DNA from: an uncultured Thermomicrobiales bacterium
GTDB taxonomy: Bacteria > Chloroflexota > Chloroflexia > Thermomicrobiales > UBA6265
DNA length: 64,000 nt
Assembly: GCA_902806325.1 (NCBI GenBank)
Contig: CADCWE010000031.1
Coordinates: forward strand, 16,112-80,111
Direction: 5' to 3'
A model generated the notes under the pieces. That model was not told the origin of the DNA and did not search any database. It saw only the letters and a list, made by a program, of their open reading frames with translations. This document shows, in pieces, positions 30,911 through 42,706 of the stretch. The position numbers and the translations under genes were made by a program. The stretch's first letter is position 1. Every line of letters begins with the position of its first letter.

Positions 30911-31435
30911 GTGGAGGCCGATCCTCGGGACTACCAGGATGTGATCGACCAGGCCCTGCAACTGGTCTACAGCCACCACCATCGGCTGGTTTCGCAACTG
31001 TTTCCGGCGGCGTTTCAACCGCTGTCACTCGAACAGTTGCGGCAGGGTCCGCTTGGGCAAGACCTGACCAAGCTGTCCCAACTGGCGCGCGGTCAGGTGC
31101 GCGTGGCCCGGGAAGGGGTGCTGGACGCGATCGAGTCGGTGTTGCAGTTGCTGTTTTGGCCCGCCGCCGCCGACGACTACACGGTTCCCCGTTCGTTCTG
31201 GGACACGGACCTCGGGCGGATGATGGCCCTCGCCAAGTACCGCGCGTTCGAGCCGAACGAACTGGTCAGCATCGGCAACGCGGCCCAGCAACTCGGCGTC
31301 ACCCGCCCGACGATCTACCGCTGGATGGACGACCGGACGCTCAACTACGTCCGCGACGACATGAGCGGGCGCACCTTTGTCGTCCGCCGCGACATCGACA
31401 ACCTGAAGAAGGTGGCGGCAGAGTACTCGGCCTAG
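30911..31435 (+). CDS. DNA-binding protein with C-terminal excisionase/MerR-like HTH
   Basis: LVSIGNAAQQLGVTRPTIYRWM; GAAGGAG RBS; own promoter and terminator. Confidence 0.82.
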   Translation: MEADPRDYQDVIDQALQLVYSHHHRLVSQLFPAAFQPLSLEQLRQGPLGQDLTKLSQLARGQVRVAREGVLDAIESVLQLLFWPAAADDYTVPRSFWDTDLGRMMALAKYRAFEPNELVSIGNAAQQLGVTRPTIYRWMDDRTLNYVRDDMSGRTFVVRRDIDNLKKVAAEYSA

Positions 31436-31472
31436 CCGGTCGGGCGCCGTGCGCGACAAGTGGGCTGACTCG

Positions 31473-31515
31473 AACGATGGCCGGGGGCGATGGGCGCCCC
31501 CGGCCATCGTTTGTT
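31473..31515 (+). terminator. Intrinsic terminator, possibly bidirectional
   Basis: AACGATGGCCGGGGGCG-ATGGG-CGCCCCCGGCCATCGTT, a 17-bp stem followed by TGTT. Confidence 0.85.
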
Positions 31516-31571
31516 GTCCGCGGGTGCCACGACGGGGACCGATCGTTCCCCATGGGTAGGGACGGTTGCAA

Positions 31572-32801
31572 TCAGCATCCGGACGACGCCTCGGTCCCGA
31601 ACAGTCCGTCGGTCGCGACGACGTGGCCCCGGCGTAGGTAGACCCGCGGCACCCGCGGCGCGATCCCGCTGACCAGTTCGTAGCCGATGGTGTCCATGGT
31701 CCGCGCGAGGTCGTCCCAACCGGGCGCTCCGGTTTCCGGAGGACCGACGACAACGACCGGATCGCCGACCTCGACGGGGTGTCCGGTCGGCAAGCCGACC
31801 ACGGTTTGATCCATGCTGACTCGCCCCCTAACCGGCGCAGGGAACCCGCCGATGCCCATCGCCGCCCGGTTGGAGAGGCCCCGTCGGTAGCCGTCGGCGT
31901 AGCCGATCGGGACCAGCGCGGCGCGCTCCGCCGCTCCGGCCCGATAGGTGTGGCCGTAGCCGACGCCGTCGTCCGCGTGGAGATCCACCACGCGCGCGAC
32001 CCGGCTGACAAGGCTCATCGCTGGTCTCACCCCCGGCGGTACGCCCTCCGCCGCCGGAGCGAGACCGTAGAGCGCGATCCCGACCCGCACCAGGCCGCGG
32101 TCGAACCGGCGGTCGCGCAAGACGGCGGCGCTGTTGGCGGCGTGGACCAGTCCGGCTGGGATCCCAGCGCGGTCCAGATCGTCCAACACCGTGTCCAGCA
32201 GCGCGTCCTGGCGGTCGGTGAGGTCGGAGTCCGGATCGTCGGCGGCGGCGAAGTGGGTGAACACCCCGGACAGCGTCAAACCCGGCGCGGCAACGATCGC
32301 TCGCGCCAGGGCAACGGCCCCGTCCGCCGTCGCGCCGAAGCGGCGCATCCCTGTGTCCAGCTTGAGATGGAGCGAGGCGGGACTGTTCAGCGGGAGTCGG
32401 GCGGCCGTCATCGCGACCGCCCGGGCGAACAGCGGATCGGCGACCGCCAGCGCCAGATCGGACCGCAGCGCCTCCGAGATCTCGGCGTCGCCGATCGGGC
32501 CGAGGACGAGCACCGGCGCGTCGATCCCCGCAGCGCGCAGGGCGCGCCCCTCGTCGACCGTGGCGACCGCGAGGTGGCTGGCGCCGTGCTCAAGCGCGGC
32601 ACGCGCGACCCGAGTGGCGCCGTGACCATAGCCGTTGGCCTTGACCACCGCCATCAGCTCCGTGCCGGGGCCGATCAGGCGGCGGAAATGGGCGGCGTTC
32701 TCGGCGATCGCGTCGAGATCAACGACCGCGCGGGTGACCCGACCCGGGCCGGTAAAAACCTCGGGCGGGAGGAACCCGACCCTACGGTCCGTCGTCGCCA
32801 C
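31572..32801 (-). CDS. alr: Alanine racemase
   Basis: AVVKANGYGHG, KLDTGMRRFG, IGYADG, GRVSMDQ. Confidence 0.96.
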   Translation of the reverse strand: MATTDRRVGFLPPEVFTGPGRVTRAVVDLDAIAENAAHFRRLIGPGTELMAVVKANGYGHGATRVARAALEHGASHLAVATVDEGRALRAAGIDAPVLVLGPIGDAEISEALRSDLALAVADPLFARAVAMTAARLPLNSPASLHLKLDTGMRRFGATADGAVALARAIVAAPGLTLSGVFTHFAAADDPDSDLTDRQDALLDTVLDDLDRAGIPAGLVHAANSAAVLRDRRFDRGLVRVGIALYGLAPAAEGVPPGVRPAMSLVSRVARVVDLHADDGVGYGHTYRAGAAERAALVPIGYADGYRRGLSNRAAMGIGGFPAPVRGRVSMDQTVVGLPTGHPVEVGDPVVVVGPPETGAPGWDDLARTMDTIGYELVSGIAPRVPRVYLRRGHVVATDGLFGTEASSGC

Positions 32802-33306
32802 CGCCGCTTCCGGTCGCCTCGGGCGAACGCTCCATCCGGGCGATCACGCGCACCAGATCGGCCCGGCTGACGATGCCGACCAGCGCGTGCGCGTCGTCGA
32901 CCACCGGCACCGGGTTGACTCCCTGTTCCAGCATCAGCGTCGCCAACTGGGAGAGCGTGGCGGAGGCGAGGATGTTGTAGACGGGAGAGGTCATCAGGTC
33001 ATCGGCGGTCGTCGCCAAGACGTGGCGCAGATCCTCCTCGAAGTCGCGCCCACCGTCGGCGACGAAGATCGCGTCGAAGAACGGCACGGTGGTCGGCACC
33101 GTGACCTCGGCTTGGCGGGCGATCAGGTCCAATTCGGCGACGATGCCGACGACCTCGCCGTTCGCCACCACCGGCAGACCGGGCAACCCCGACTCCGCCA
33201 ATCGGGCGGCGACGATCGCGATCGAGTCCTCGCGGTCTAGCGTCGGCACGTCGGTTCGCATCAGATCGGCGACCGTCGGGTCGCCGACAATCTCTCGCTC
33301 ATCCAC
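32782..33306 (-). CDS. CBS-domain pair protein
   Basis: VADLMRTDV..GLPVV..VVGIV; ADDLMTSPV..PVPVVD..LVGIVSRADLV. Confidence 0.9.
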   Translation of the reverse strand: MDEREIVGDPTVADLMRTDVPTLDREDSIAIVAARLAESGLPGLPVVANGEVVGIVAELDLIARQAEVTVPTTVPFFDAIFVADGGRDFEEDLRHVLATTADDLMTSPVYNILASATLSQLATLMLEQGVNPVPVVDDAHALVGIVSRADLVRVIARMERSPEATGSGGGDDGP

Positions 33307-34354
33307 GGCCGGCTCCCGCGGAGTCACTGGGCGCCCGTTCCAACGCGGCCAGCTCTTCGGCAATCGCAGGCGGCAGGTCGCTGGCGACCAGACCAAGGGT
33401 GCCGAATCGCCGCTCGACTCGCCGCGCCGCGCGACCACCGACGAAGACGGCCAGCGCCGCCGCGTCCACCGGCGCCAGACCTTGGGCAAGGAACGCGCCG
33501 ATCGTGCCGGCCAGCACGTCCCCCGTTCCGGCGGAGGCGAGCGACGGCGGGGCATCCTCGGCGATCAACGTCCGGTCGCCGTCGGACACCACGGTGTGGC
33601 CGTACTTGAACACGACAACCTGGTCCCATGACCGCGAGGCCTCGCGCGCCGTCCCCACCGGATCGGCGACGATCTCGTCGGGCTCCTTCCCCAGCAGGCG
33701 CGCCATCTCCCCGACGTGCGGGGTGAGGACGGCTTGGCGGGCGGGGAACCTATCCCGCCAACCGTCCTGTTTGGCCAACCAATTGAGTCCGTCGGCGTCG
33801 ATCACCACCGGTTTGGCGATCCCGACCGGTGGCGGCGCTTCGGCTTCCGGCTCCTCACGGGTCGCGTTGGTCGCGAACCCGATCGCGCCGCGAAAGCCGA
33901 CCGCTCGCGACCCGCCGATCCCGAACAGCGCCGCCAGCAGCGCCGTCGAGGTCTCGTCGTCGCCCAAACCGGGGCCGACCAGGAGGGCGGTCGACCGGTC
34001 GAGTTTGGCTTTGATCAACTCGACCGCCTTCCGGCCACCGCCGCCGGAGTCCGACTCCGGCAGCAGCACGAACGCCGCCTCGGGCACGTTGGCGGCGATC
34101 GCCCCGGCGATCCCGCGGGGCACGGCGAGGGACACGATCCCGGCCCCCGCCCGTCCCGCCGCCATGGCGCACAAGGCCGGGGCGCCGACGAATCCCGGCG
34201 AACCGGCGACGATCACCAGCCCGCCGACGCCCCACTTGTGGGCGCCGTAAGCGCGGCTGGGCAGCACCGACCGCGCGTACGCCTCGTCGATGATCGCGTC
34301 GCCCGGCCCAAGGTGGGCCCGTTCTCCCCGTTGGGTTTCGATCGCCGAACTCAC
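33299..34354 (-). CDS. nnrD: ADP-dependent NAD(P)H-hydrate dehydratase, stand-alone YjeF C-domain
   Basis: HKW..G.LVIVAGS, GPGLG, VIDADGLN, LTPHVGEMARL, AGTGDVLAG. Confidence 0.9.
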   Translation of the reverse strand: MSSAIETQRGERAHLGPGDAIIDEAYARSVLPSRAYGAHKWGVGGLVIVAGSPGFVGAPALCAMAAGRAGAGIVSLAVPRGIAGAIAANVPEAAFVLLPESDSGGGGRKAVELIKAKLDRSTALLVGPGLGDDETSTALLAALFGIGGSRAVGFRGAIGFATNATREEPEAEAPPPVGIAKPVVIDADGLNWLAKQDGWRDRFPARQAVLTPHVGEMARLLGKEPDEIVADPVGTAREASRSWDQVVVFKYGHTVVSDGDRTLIAEDAPPSLASAGTGDVLAGTIGAFLAQGLAPVDAAALAVFVGGRAARRVERRFGTLGLVASDLPPAIAEELAALERAPSDSAGAGRG

Positions 34355-34355
34355 C

Positions 34356-34883
34356 CTACTTGCCCTTTCGTTGTGCCGAATCGGCGACCGAATCCGGGTG
34401 CCGCGTTCGTGGCCAAGACGCGGGTTGGGCGGCCGAAACCGGAATCGCCGGGCCGTTGGTGGCGACGACGAAGGCCATCGCGTCGGTCCGCGAATGCGTC
34501 AGCGAGACGCTGAAATGATTGAGTCCGAGAGCGGCGGCGCGGTCGGCAGCCCGGCCGTGCAAGATCAAGACCGGTTTGCCGCGCCGATTGGACAGCACTT
34601 CCATTTCCTGCCACCGGATGCCGACGATGCCGGTTCCCAGCGCTTTGGACGTCGCCTCCTTGGCGGCGAAGCGGGCCGCGAGCTCGGAGACCCGGTGCCG
34701 GTAGCGGTCTCGTTCGCGCTCGGTGTAGACCCGGCGCAAGAACCGCTCCCCAAAATCGTCGATCGCCCGCTGGATGCGGGGGATCTCGATCAGGTCGACC
34801 CCAACGGCGACGGCACCGGACCGCTCCGGGTCGAACTCGGGGGCGTAGCGGTGGGCCGCCGCGCCGTTGTCGTCCTCGATCAC
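34356..34883 (-). CDS. acpS: Holo-ACP synthase
   Basis: GVDLIEIPRI, LAARFAAKEATSKALGTG, VSLTHS. Confidence 0.93.
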   Translation of the reverse strand: MIEDDNGAAAHRYAPEFDPERSGAVAVGVDLIEIPRIQRAIDDFGERFLRRVYTERERDRYRHRVSELAARFAAKEATSKALGTGIVGIRWQEMEVLSNRRGKPVLILHGRAADRAAALGLNHFSVSLTHSRTDAMAFVVATNGPAIPVSAAQPASWPRTRHPDSVADSAQRKGK

Positions 34884-34963
34884 GATTCCGCCGCACCTTC
34901 CACGTTCCGTCGCGTCGCCCGCCGGATTGTAGTCCCCGGCGGGAAACCCGCCAATCCACGCCC

Positions 34964-36157
<1,194 letters not shown>

Positions 36158-36177
36158 CGCGCGATCGACCGAGGGTC

Positions 36178-36852
36178 ATGGTGGGCGATCGGTTTCGGGT
36201 CATCCTGCAACGGCGCGCCTTTGCGCTGCTCTACGGGGCGTTGGCGCCCGTCTACGACCGGTTCACGGAGTGGCTGTTTCTGGGCGAGTGGGCGCGGTGG
36301 CAGAATTCCGCCTTGCCGCCGCTCGCGGGCGCCCGGGTCGTCGTCGAACTCGGGTGCGGCACCGGCGCCCTGGCCGAGAACGGGGGCAACGGCCGCACCT
36401 GGTTGGCGCTGGACGCCTCGCCCCGGATGCTGGCGGTCGCGCGGCGGCGCCTCGGCCCGGCGTGCCTGATCCGAGCCGACACCCGCGTCATGCCCGTGCG
36501 GACCGGAAGCGTCGATGCGATCGTGGCCACTTTTCCGGGACCGTTCATCGTCGCACCAGAAACCGGGCGGGAACTCCAGCGGGTCGTCAAACGGGATGGT
36601 CTCCTGGTGATCGTCCTCGACGGGGAGCTGGCGGCGGACGGATCCAACCGGAAGTGGCGCCGCTGGGCGCTGCGGCGTTTCTACGGCCGCAAGCCAGGAA
36701 CGCCGCCGGCGATCCGATTCGCCGGGTTCGACGGCGGCACGGAGGAGATCCAAACCACGCACGGCCGCGCCACGCTCTACATCGGTCGAGCGATCTCGGA
36801 AGCGACCAACCAGGACCAGGACCAGATTCAGAGGGGACGCTTCTTGGTATAG
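36178..36852 (+). CDS. Class I SAM-dependent methyltransferase
   Basis: APVYD, VVELGCGTG, LDASPRML, VDAIVATFP. Confidence 0.85.
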   Translation: MVGDRFRVILQRRAFALLYGALAPVYDRFTEWLFLGEWARWQNSALPPLAGARVVVELGCGTGALAENGGNGRTWLALDASPRMLAVARRRLGPACLIRADTRVMPVRTGSVDAIVATFPGPFIVAPETGRELQRVVKRDGLLVIVLDGELAADGSNRKWRRWALRRFYGRKPGTPPAIRFAGFDGGTEEIQTTHGRATLYIGRAISEATNQDQDQIQRGRFLV

Positions 36853-37439
36853 GTCGTGGCGAGGCGGCGTTGGCGGGCGCGGGCCAGTGCCTCGGTCCGT
36901 TCGGGGCCGGCCGTGGCCGGCGGCGGCGCTGCCTGCCGAGCGCTGACCGAGGGGCGCTTCATGACCGGTTCGTCGTCCATCTCCGACACGTCGGCCAGGG
37001 GATCGGCCTTGGTTGCCATCACCGCCACGGCCTTGTTCGCGCCGTTGGTGGGCTTGGGTTTGGCCGAGGCGGCGGCCGTCTTGGCCGCGGTGACCGATCG
37101 TTTTGCGGCGGTCGCTGGTTTGGCGGTCCCGCTCTTGGTCGCGGTGGCGGACTTGGCCGCACCGGTGGCCGAATTGAGGTCTTTTTTGACGCTGGACGTG
37201 ACGTTGGCAACCTGGCCCTTGATCCCGGTCAACTCGCCGGTGACGGAGTTCTTGATGTCCTGGGCCTCGTTGATCGTCTTCTCGAACTCACCGGTCAACT
37301 CGGAAGTCATGCGGCGGAAATCCCGCACCGCCTTGCCCATCTGCCCCGCCACCTCGGGCAGCTTCCCCGGGCCAAAGACGATCAAGGCGACGACCATGAT
37401 CAGGCCCAACTCCCAGGTTCCGATGCCGAAAAAACCCAT
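36828..37439 (-). CDS. Twin-arginine translocase TatA/TatB family subunit with long A/K/T-rich tail
   Basis: [43 protein letters not shown] at 37502-37510 (minus). Confidence 0.88.
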   Translation of the reverse strand: MGFFGIGTWELGLIMVVALIVFGPGKLPEVAGQMGKAVRDFRRMTSELTGEFEKTINEAQDIKNSVTGELTGIKGQVANVTSSVKKDLNSATGAAKSATATKSGTAKPATAAKRSVTAAKTAAASAKPKPTNGANKAVAVMATKADPLADVSEMDDEPVMKRPSVSARQAAPPPATAGPERTEALARARQRRLATTYTKKRPL

Positions 37440-37594
37440 GCTTGGTGTCCTCTGGCCGCTCCGGCGCGGCGGGATCGCGTCGTGGCACAATTCGACCGAG
37501 TAGTATAGCACCCGGCCTTGGGGATCCCCGGCAGCAGCGATCCAGCCGCGGTTCGGCGGACAACGATTCCGACAACGGGTGGAGCAAACGGTTC

Positions 37595-39130
37595 ATGCGC
37601 ATCATCGTCGGATTGGGCAACCCGGGGCGGGAGTACGCGGCGACCCGGCACAACATCGGATTTCTGGTGGCCGACGAGCTCCACCGCCGCTGCGGCAGCC
37701 CCGGGTTCCGCAAGCGGTTCAAATCGGAGATCGCCGAGGGGATCCTCGGCGGCGAAAAGGTCGTCCTGGTCAAACCGCAAACCTTCATGAATCTGAGCGG
37801 CAACGCCGTGCGCGAGGTCGTCAACTGGTACCACATGCCGCTCAACGAGGTGCTGGTCGTGCTCGACGACCTCGACCTCCCGTTCGGGGCGACCAGGATG
37901 CGGCCGTCGGGCAGCCCCGGCGGCCACAACGGATTGGCGTCCATCTGCGAGCAGGTGGGGAGCCGCGAGGTCCCGCGGCTACGGATCGGGATCGGCCGCG
38001 GGCGTTCGTCCGCTTCTTCCCACGTCCTGGCGCGGTTCAGCGCCGACGAAGAAAAAGAGGTACCCGGTCTGGTCGAGACCGCCGCCGACGGCGTCGAGAC
38101 CTGGATCCGAGGGGGCATCGTCGAAGCGATGAACAGGATTAATCCCGTCGCGTCGAAACCGGAACCGAACGCGAAGCCTCCCCGACCGCCTGCGCCGGCC
38201 CCCCGCACCGTCTCCGGCGGCTCGGGAACCCCGGTACCGGCCGCGGACCACCACGGGATCGCCGCCGTCGCCGTGATCGGCGCCGGCACGATGGGCACCG
38301 GCATCGCCCAGGTCGTTGCCGAGGCGGGTCTTCCGGTGACGCTGATCGACCAGGAGCGGGGATGCCTCGACCGGGCGCTCGCCTCTCTCGCCCAGAACTG
38401 GTCGCGCGCGGTCGCCAAAGCGCGCCTGACCGAAAACCAGGCCGCGACCGCGACCGCGTCGGTGCGCGCGAGCCTGAACCGCGGCGAGGCATCGGGAGCC
38501 GACCTGGTGATCGAGGCGGTGAGCGAGGACCTGGCGGCCAAGACGGCGCTCTTCCGCGATCTGGACGCGATCCTCAAGCCGGCGGCGATTCTGGCCTCGA
38601 ACACCTCCTCGATCTCGATCACCGCCCTCGGCGCCGCGACGACGCGGCCGGATCGGGTGATCGGGATGCACTTCTTCAACCCGGTGCCGGTGATGCGGTT
38701 GGTGGAGGTCGTGCGGGGAGAACGCACCGGCGCCGACACCGCCCGCCGCGTCGTCGCCACGGCGACGGCCTGGGGCAAATCGCCGGTCGAAGTCAACGAT
38801 TACCCCGGCTTCGTCTCCAACCGGGTCCTGCTGCCGATGATCAACGAGGCAATCTTCTGCCTGTCGGAAGGGGTGGCCGGGCGCGACGCCATCGACGCGG
38901 TGATGACCCTCGGCATGGCCCACCCGATGGGACCGTTGGCGTTGGCCGACTTGATCGGCCTCGACGTTTGCCTTCAGATCTTGCTCGTCTTGCAGCGTGA
39001 CCTCGGCGACGACAAGTACCGACCCGCTCCCCTCTTGCGCCGCCTGGTCGCGGCCGGCAAACTGGGCCGCAAAAGCGGAGAGGGGTTTTATGTCTATTCG
39101 AGCGGTCCGGGCGAACGATCCGGTGGATAG
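37595..39130 (+). CDS. pth: Fusion of peptidyl-tRNA hydrolase and 3-hydroxybutyryl-CoA dehydrogenase
   Basis: N-part [36 protein letters not shown]; Pro-rich linker; C-part [40 protein letters not shown]; one frame, no stop. Confidence 0.88.
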   Translation: MRIIVGLGNPGREYAATRHNIGFLVADELHRRCGSPGFRKRFKSEIAEGILGGEKVVLVKPQTFMNLSGNAVREVVNWYHMPLNEVLVVLDDLDLPFGATRMRPSGSPGGHNGLASICEQVGSREVPRLRIGIGRGRSSASSHVLARFSADEEKEVPGLVETAADGVETWIRGGIVEAMNRINPVASKPEPNAKPPRPPAPAPRTVSGGSGTPVPAADHHGIAAVAVIGAGTMGTGIAQVVAEAGLPVTLIDQERGCLDRALASLAQNWSRAVAKARLTENQAATATASVRASLNRGEASGADLVIEAVSEDLAAKTALFRDLDAILKPAAILASNTSSISITALGAATTRPDRVIGMHFFNPVPVMRLVEVVRGERTGADTARRVVATATAWGKSPVEVNDYPGFVSNRVLLPMINEAIFCLSEGVAGRDAIDAVMTLGMAHPMGPLALADLIGLDVCLQILLVLQRDLGDDKYRPAPLLRRLVAAGKLGRKSGEGFYVYSSGPGERSGG

Positions 39131-39149
39131 CGGCGCACGGGAGCCGGCG

Positions 39150-39584
39150 ATGGACGGGGACCGAACCGAACCCGGGACGCGCCCGATCCGGGTGCTGATC
39201 GCCAAACCGGGCCTGGACGGGCACGACCGCGGCGCCAAGGTGGTGGCGCGGGCGCTGCGCGACGCCGGGTTCGAGGTCATCTACACCGGTCTGTTCCAGA
39301 CGCCGGAGATGATCGCGACCGCCGCCAGCCAGGAGGACGTCGACGTCGTCGGGCTCAGCATCCTCTCCGGTGCCCACCTGGCGCTGTTTCCCAGGATTAT
39401 GGACGCGCTGCGGGCGAACGGGATGGACGACGTGCTGGTGATCGCCGGCGGCACCATCCCCGACGAGGACGTGCCGCTGGTGCGAGACCTCGGCGTGGCG
39501 GCGGTATTCGGCCCCGGAACGTCCCTGCGCGAGGCCGTCGCGTTCATCCGCGACCACGCCCCACGCCGGGACGGCCCCGCGTGA
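39150..39584 (+). CDS. Cobalamin-binding small subunit of an acyl-CoA mutase (MCM/ICM type)
   Basis: [12 protein letters not shown] (DxHxxG), [19 protein letters not shown]. Confidence 0.92.
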   Translation: MDGDRTEPGTRPIRVLIAKPGLDGHDRGAKVVARALRDAGFEVIYTGLFQTPEMIATAASQEDVDVVGLSILSGAHLALFPRIMDALRANGMDDVLVIAGGTIPDEDVPLVRDLGVAAVFGPGTSLREAVAFIRDHAPRRDGPA

Positions 39585-40585
39585 GCGACCGTTCTGAAGC
39601 CGCGGGGATCGCGCTCGGGGAACGGCTGCTGGCCGGAGACCGGCGGACGCTGGCCCGCCTCCTCAGCCACGTCGAAGCCGAAGATGCCGTCGGTCGCGCC
39701 GGACTAACACGCGTCTACCCCGCCACCGGTCGCGGGCACCGGATCGGCGTCACCGGACCGCCCGGCGCCGGCAAGAGCACCCTGGTCAACGCCGTGATCG
39801 GCGTCTACCGGGACCTGGGGCGCCAGGTTGGGGTGCTCGCGATCGATCCGTCCAGCCCGCTGACCGGCGGCGCGACGCTCGGCGATCGGATCCGGATGGT
39901 GGACCGTTACGCCGACGAGGGGGTCTTCATCCGGTCCCTGGCGTCGCGCGGTCAGCGCGGGGGGCTGGCGCGGGCGACCATCGCCGCCGCCCACCTGCTC
40001 GACGCCGCCGGCTTCGACCCGATCCTGATCGAGACCGTCGGCGCCGGCCAGGACGAGGTGGCCATCGCCGCCGCCGCGCACTCGGTGGTGGTGGTCCAGG
40101 TTCCCGGTCTCGGCGACGACATCCAAACGATCAAGGCCGGCATCCTAGAAATCGGCGACCTGCTGGTGGTCAACAAAGCCGACCGCCCCGGCGCCGAGAT
40201 CACGGCGCGCGACCTGCGGCGCATGCTCGCCCTCGGCACCGGTGCGAAACCCTGGACGCCGCCCGTTCTGCTGACCTCTGCTTCCACCGGGCAGGGCGTG
40301 GTCGAACTTCAGGGCGCGCTGGACGTCCACCGCTCGGCGCTCGAAACGACCCCGGCCGGGCACGGCGCCACCGGTTCGGCGTGGGACGAGCGCGTGCGGG
40401 GCATCGCCGGCGGGGAAGTCAGGGCGCTCCTGCGGATCACGCTGGAGCGGTGGCTTGATCGGGGAGGACGCGACGGTACGGTCGTCGCCGCGATCGCGGA
40501 CGTGGCGAGCCGGCGGCGAACCGCGACCGACGCCGCGGAAGCGCTCGTCAGGGGCGCCGTGCGTGACCTGGATCCGGCGGGGTGA
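39581..40585 (+). CDS. meaB: MeaB/ArgK GTPase chaperone of B12 mutases
   Basis: [37 protein letters not shown]. Confidence 0.93.
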   Translation: MSDRSEAAGIALGERLLAGDRRTLARLLSHVEAEDAVGRAGLTRVYPATGRGHRIGVTGPPGAGKSTLVNAVIGVYRDLGRQVGVLAIDPSSPLTGGATLGDRIRMVDRYADEGVFIRSLASRGQRGGLARATIAAAHLLDAAGFDPILIETVGAGQDEVAIAAAAHSVVVVQVPGLGDDIQTIKAGILEIGDLLVVNKADRPGAEITARDLRRMLALGTGAKPWTPPVLLTSASTGQGVVELQGALDVHRSALETTPAGHGATGSAWDERVRGIAGGEVRALLRITLERWLDRGGRDGTVVAAIADVASRRRTATDAAEALVRGAVRDLDPAG

Positions 40586-41366
40586 CGCCGCCGCGGGCGG
40601 CGGCGGCGCGGTTGGCGATCAGCGCCGCCATCGCCCCGGCGCCGATCCCGTTGTCGACGTTGACCACCGCCAGGCCCGGGGCGCACGATTGCAGCATCGC
40701 GTAGAGCGCACCGACGCCGTCGCCGCCGACGCCGTAGCCGACCGAGGTCGGCAGCCCGATCACCGGCACGCCGACCAACCCCGCCACCACCGACGGCAAC
40801 GCTCCGTCCATCCCGGCGGCGACCACGATCGCGTCCACTCCGCCGGCGACCATCGCTTCCAGCGGTTCGACCAGGCGGTGCAGTCCCGCCACGCCAACGT
40901 CCCACGCCTGGACCACGGCGCAGCCCATCTCCTCGGCCATCGTCGCCGCTTCCAGCGCTGTCGCCGCGTCGGAGGAACCGGCCGCCAGCAGACCGATCCG
41001 GCCTCCGCTGACCGGTGGTTGAGCGCCGCCTGCCGCGACCACGACGATGCCGGCTCGCTCGACCTGCCGCACGGCGTAGCGGGTCGCCAACCGCGTCGCC
41101 ACCGCCCGCCCGATCTCCGGGCTGCAGCGGCTCGCCAGCGCCCGGTGATCCGGTCCGATCGCGACCAGCCGCTCCAGCGCGAAAACCAGTTCTTCGACCG
41201 TCTTGTGCCCTCCCAGGACCACCTCCGGAATCCCGGTGCGCCGTCGCCGGTCGGGGTCGAGCCTGAGAGGGAGATCCTGCCCGGGATCGCCAACCGAGAC
41301 ATCGGCCGCCCGTGCCAGCGCCGCACGGACGGCGTCAAACGGGCGCGTCGGCGGTCCCTCGCTCAT
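40548..41366 (-). CDS. larB: LarB / AIR-carboxylase-like protein of nickel-pincer cofactor biosynthesis
   Basis: DVGVAGLHRL, AGMDGALPSVVAGL, PTSVGYG, SCAPGLAVVNVDNG. Confidence 0.9.
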   Translation of the reverse strand: MSEGPPTRPFDAVRAALARAADVSVGDPGQDLPLRLDPDRRRRTGIPEVVLGGHKTVEELVFALERLVAIGPDHRALASRCSPEIGRAVATRLATRYAVRQVERAGIVVVAAGGAQPPVSGGRIGLLAAGSSDAATALEAATMAEEMGCAVVQAWDVGVAGLHRLVEPLEAMVAGGVDAIVVAAGMDGALPSVVAGLVGVPVIGLPTSVGYGVGGDGVGALYAMLQSCAPGLAVVNVDNGIGAGAMAALIANRAAAARGGVTPPDPGHARRP

Positions 41367-42172
41367 GTCGCCAGCTCCGCCGCTTCGGCCAACGCGGCGG
41401 CGATGAGCGGCGCCGCGTCGGTCGGTTCCCGGTCGAGCGTCAGCGCGGCCAGAAACTCGACATTGCCGGCCGGTCCTCGTAGCGGTGACGCGGTCAAACC
41501 CTGGATCGAAAAGCCATTCTCGGTCGCCGCCGCGAGGACTGTTTCCAGCACCTGGCGGTGGATCGCCGCGTCTTTGACGACACCGCCTTTGCCGACGTCG
41601 CGGCGCCCGGCCTCGAACTGCGGCTTGATCAGCGGCACGCACCGACCACCGGAGATCAGGACCTTCGCCGCGACCGGGAAGATCACGCCGAGCGAGATGA
41701 ACGAGACATCAATCACCACCAGGTCCACGGGTTCCGGCAGCCGGTCAAGGTAGCGGGCGTTCAGCCGTTCCATCACCGTCACCCGCGGGTCCTGCCGCAG
41801 GCGCGCGTCCAGTTGCCCGTACCCCACGTCGACGGCGTAGACGCGGGACACGCCGCCTTGAAGCAGGCAATCGGTAAAACCGCCGGTGCTCGCCCCAAAG
41901 TCGGCCGCGACCAGCCCGATCGGCACGATCCGGAAGCGGTCCAGGGCGTGGGCGAGTTTGTCTCCGCCGCGGCTGACGAACCGGGGACGCGCCGCCAGTT
42001 CGACCGCGTCCGCCGGCCGCACCGGGGCGCCCGCCCGGACCACCGTGGCGCCGTTGACTTGGACATCCCCGGCCAGGATCAAGGCTCGCGCTCGGCTCCT
42101 GGTGTTGGCCAATCCCCGCGCCACGACTGCCTCGTCGAGCCGCGCCTTGCCCACCGGCACGACGGCCGTCAC
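41363..42172 (-). CDS. tlyA: TlyA family rRNA 2'-O-methyltransferase
   Basis: S4 domain [41 protein letters not shown]. Confidence 0.95.
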   Translation of the reverse strand: MTAVVPVGKARLDEAVVARGLANTRSRARALILAGDVQVNGATVVRAGAPVRPADAVELAARPRFVSRGGDKLAHALDRFRIVPIGLVAADFGASTGGFTDCLLQGGVSRVYAVDVGYGQLDARLRQDPRVTVMERLNARYLDRLPEPVDLVVIDVSFISLGVIFPVAAKVLISGGRCVPLIKPQFEAGRRDVGKGGVVKDAAIHRQVLETVLAAATENGFSIQGLTASPLRGPAGNVEFLAALTLDREPTDAAPLIAAALAEAAELAT

Positions 42173-42669
42173 CGGTCGTCCGCGGCGGCGGCGCGCGCAA
42201 GGAACGGCGCCGTCTGGGCGTGGCAAAGCGCGACCGCGAGGGCGTCGGCGGCGTCGTCTGGCTGCGGTGCCTGTGCCAGTCCCAGGATCAAGCGGACCAT
42301 CTCCTGCATCTGACGCTTGTCCGCCTTACCGTAGCCGACCACCGCGTGCTTCACCTCCGACGGGCTGTACTCGACGACCGGCACCCCGGCGCGGGCGGCG
42401 GCGAGCAGGACCACGCCCCGGGCCTGGCCGACCGCGATCGCCGTCGTAACGTTGCGGGCGAAGAACAACTGCTCCACCGCCAACACGTCGGGCCGGTGCT
42501 CGTCGAGCAGCTCGGTCGTGCGGTCGAACAGGTCGACCAACCGATCCGGCATCGGTCGATCGGGCTGGGTGGCGACCACGCCGAAGTCGAGCAGGCGCGG
42601 TTCCTGGTCTCCGGCGATGACCCCGTACCCGAGGAGCGCCGTTCCGGGGTCGATGCCGAGGGTGATCAC
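42169..42669 (-). CDS. ruvC: Holliday junction resolvase
   Basis: [32 protein letters not shown]. Confidence 0.96.
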   Translation of the reverse strand: MITLGIDPGTALLGYGVIAGDQEPRLLDFGVVATQPDRPMPDRLVDLFDRTTELLDEHRPDVLAVEQLFFARNVTTAIAVGQARGVVLLAAARAGVPVVEYSPSEVKHAVVGYGKADKRQMQEMVRLILGLAQAPQPDDAADALAVALCHAQTAPFLARAAAADDR

Positions 42670-42706
42670 GGGTGGGGGTTCCTGGCGCGAGACGCGACGC
42701 GAGGCC

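Noticed and set aside
30911..31435. Prophage or ICE excisionase
   Set aside because: No integrase or phage genes; housekeeping neighbours on both sides
33299..34354. nnrD lacking the NnrE epimerase domain
   Set aside because: Stand-alone NnrD is known (B. subtilis YxkO) and acpS-nnr-CBS-alr is a familiar order
37030..37180. A/K/T-rich repeats in the Tat subunit tail
   Set aside because: Low-complexity tails are common in TatA/B; no nucleotide-level tandem array
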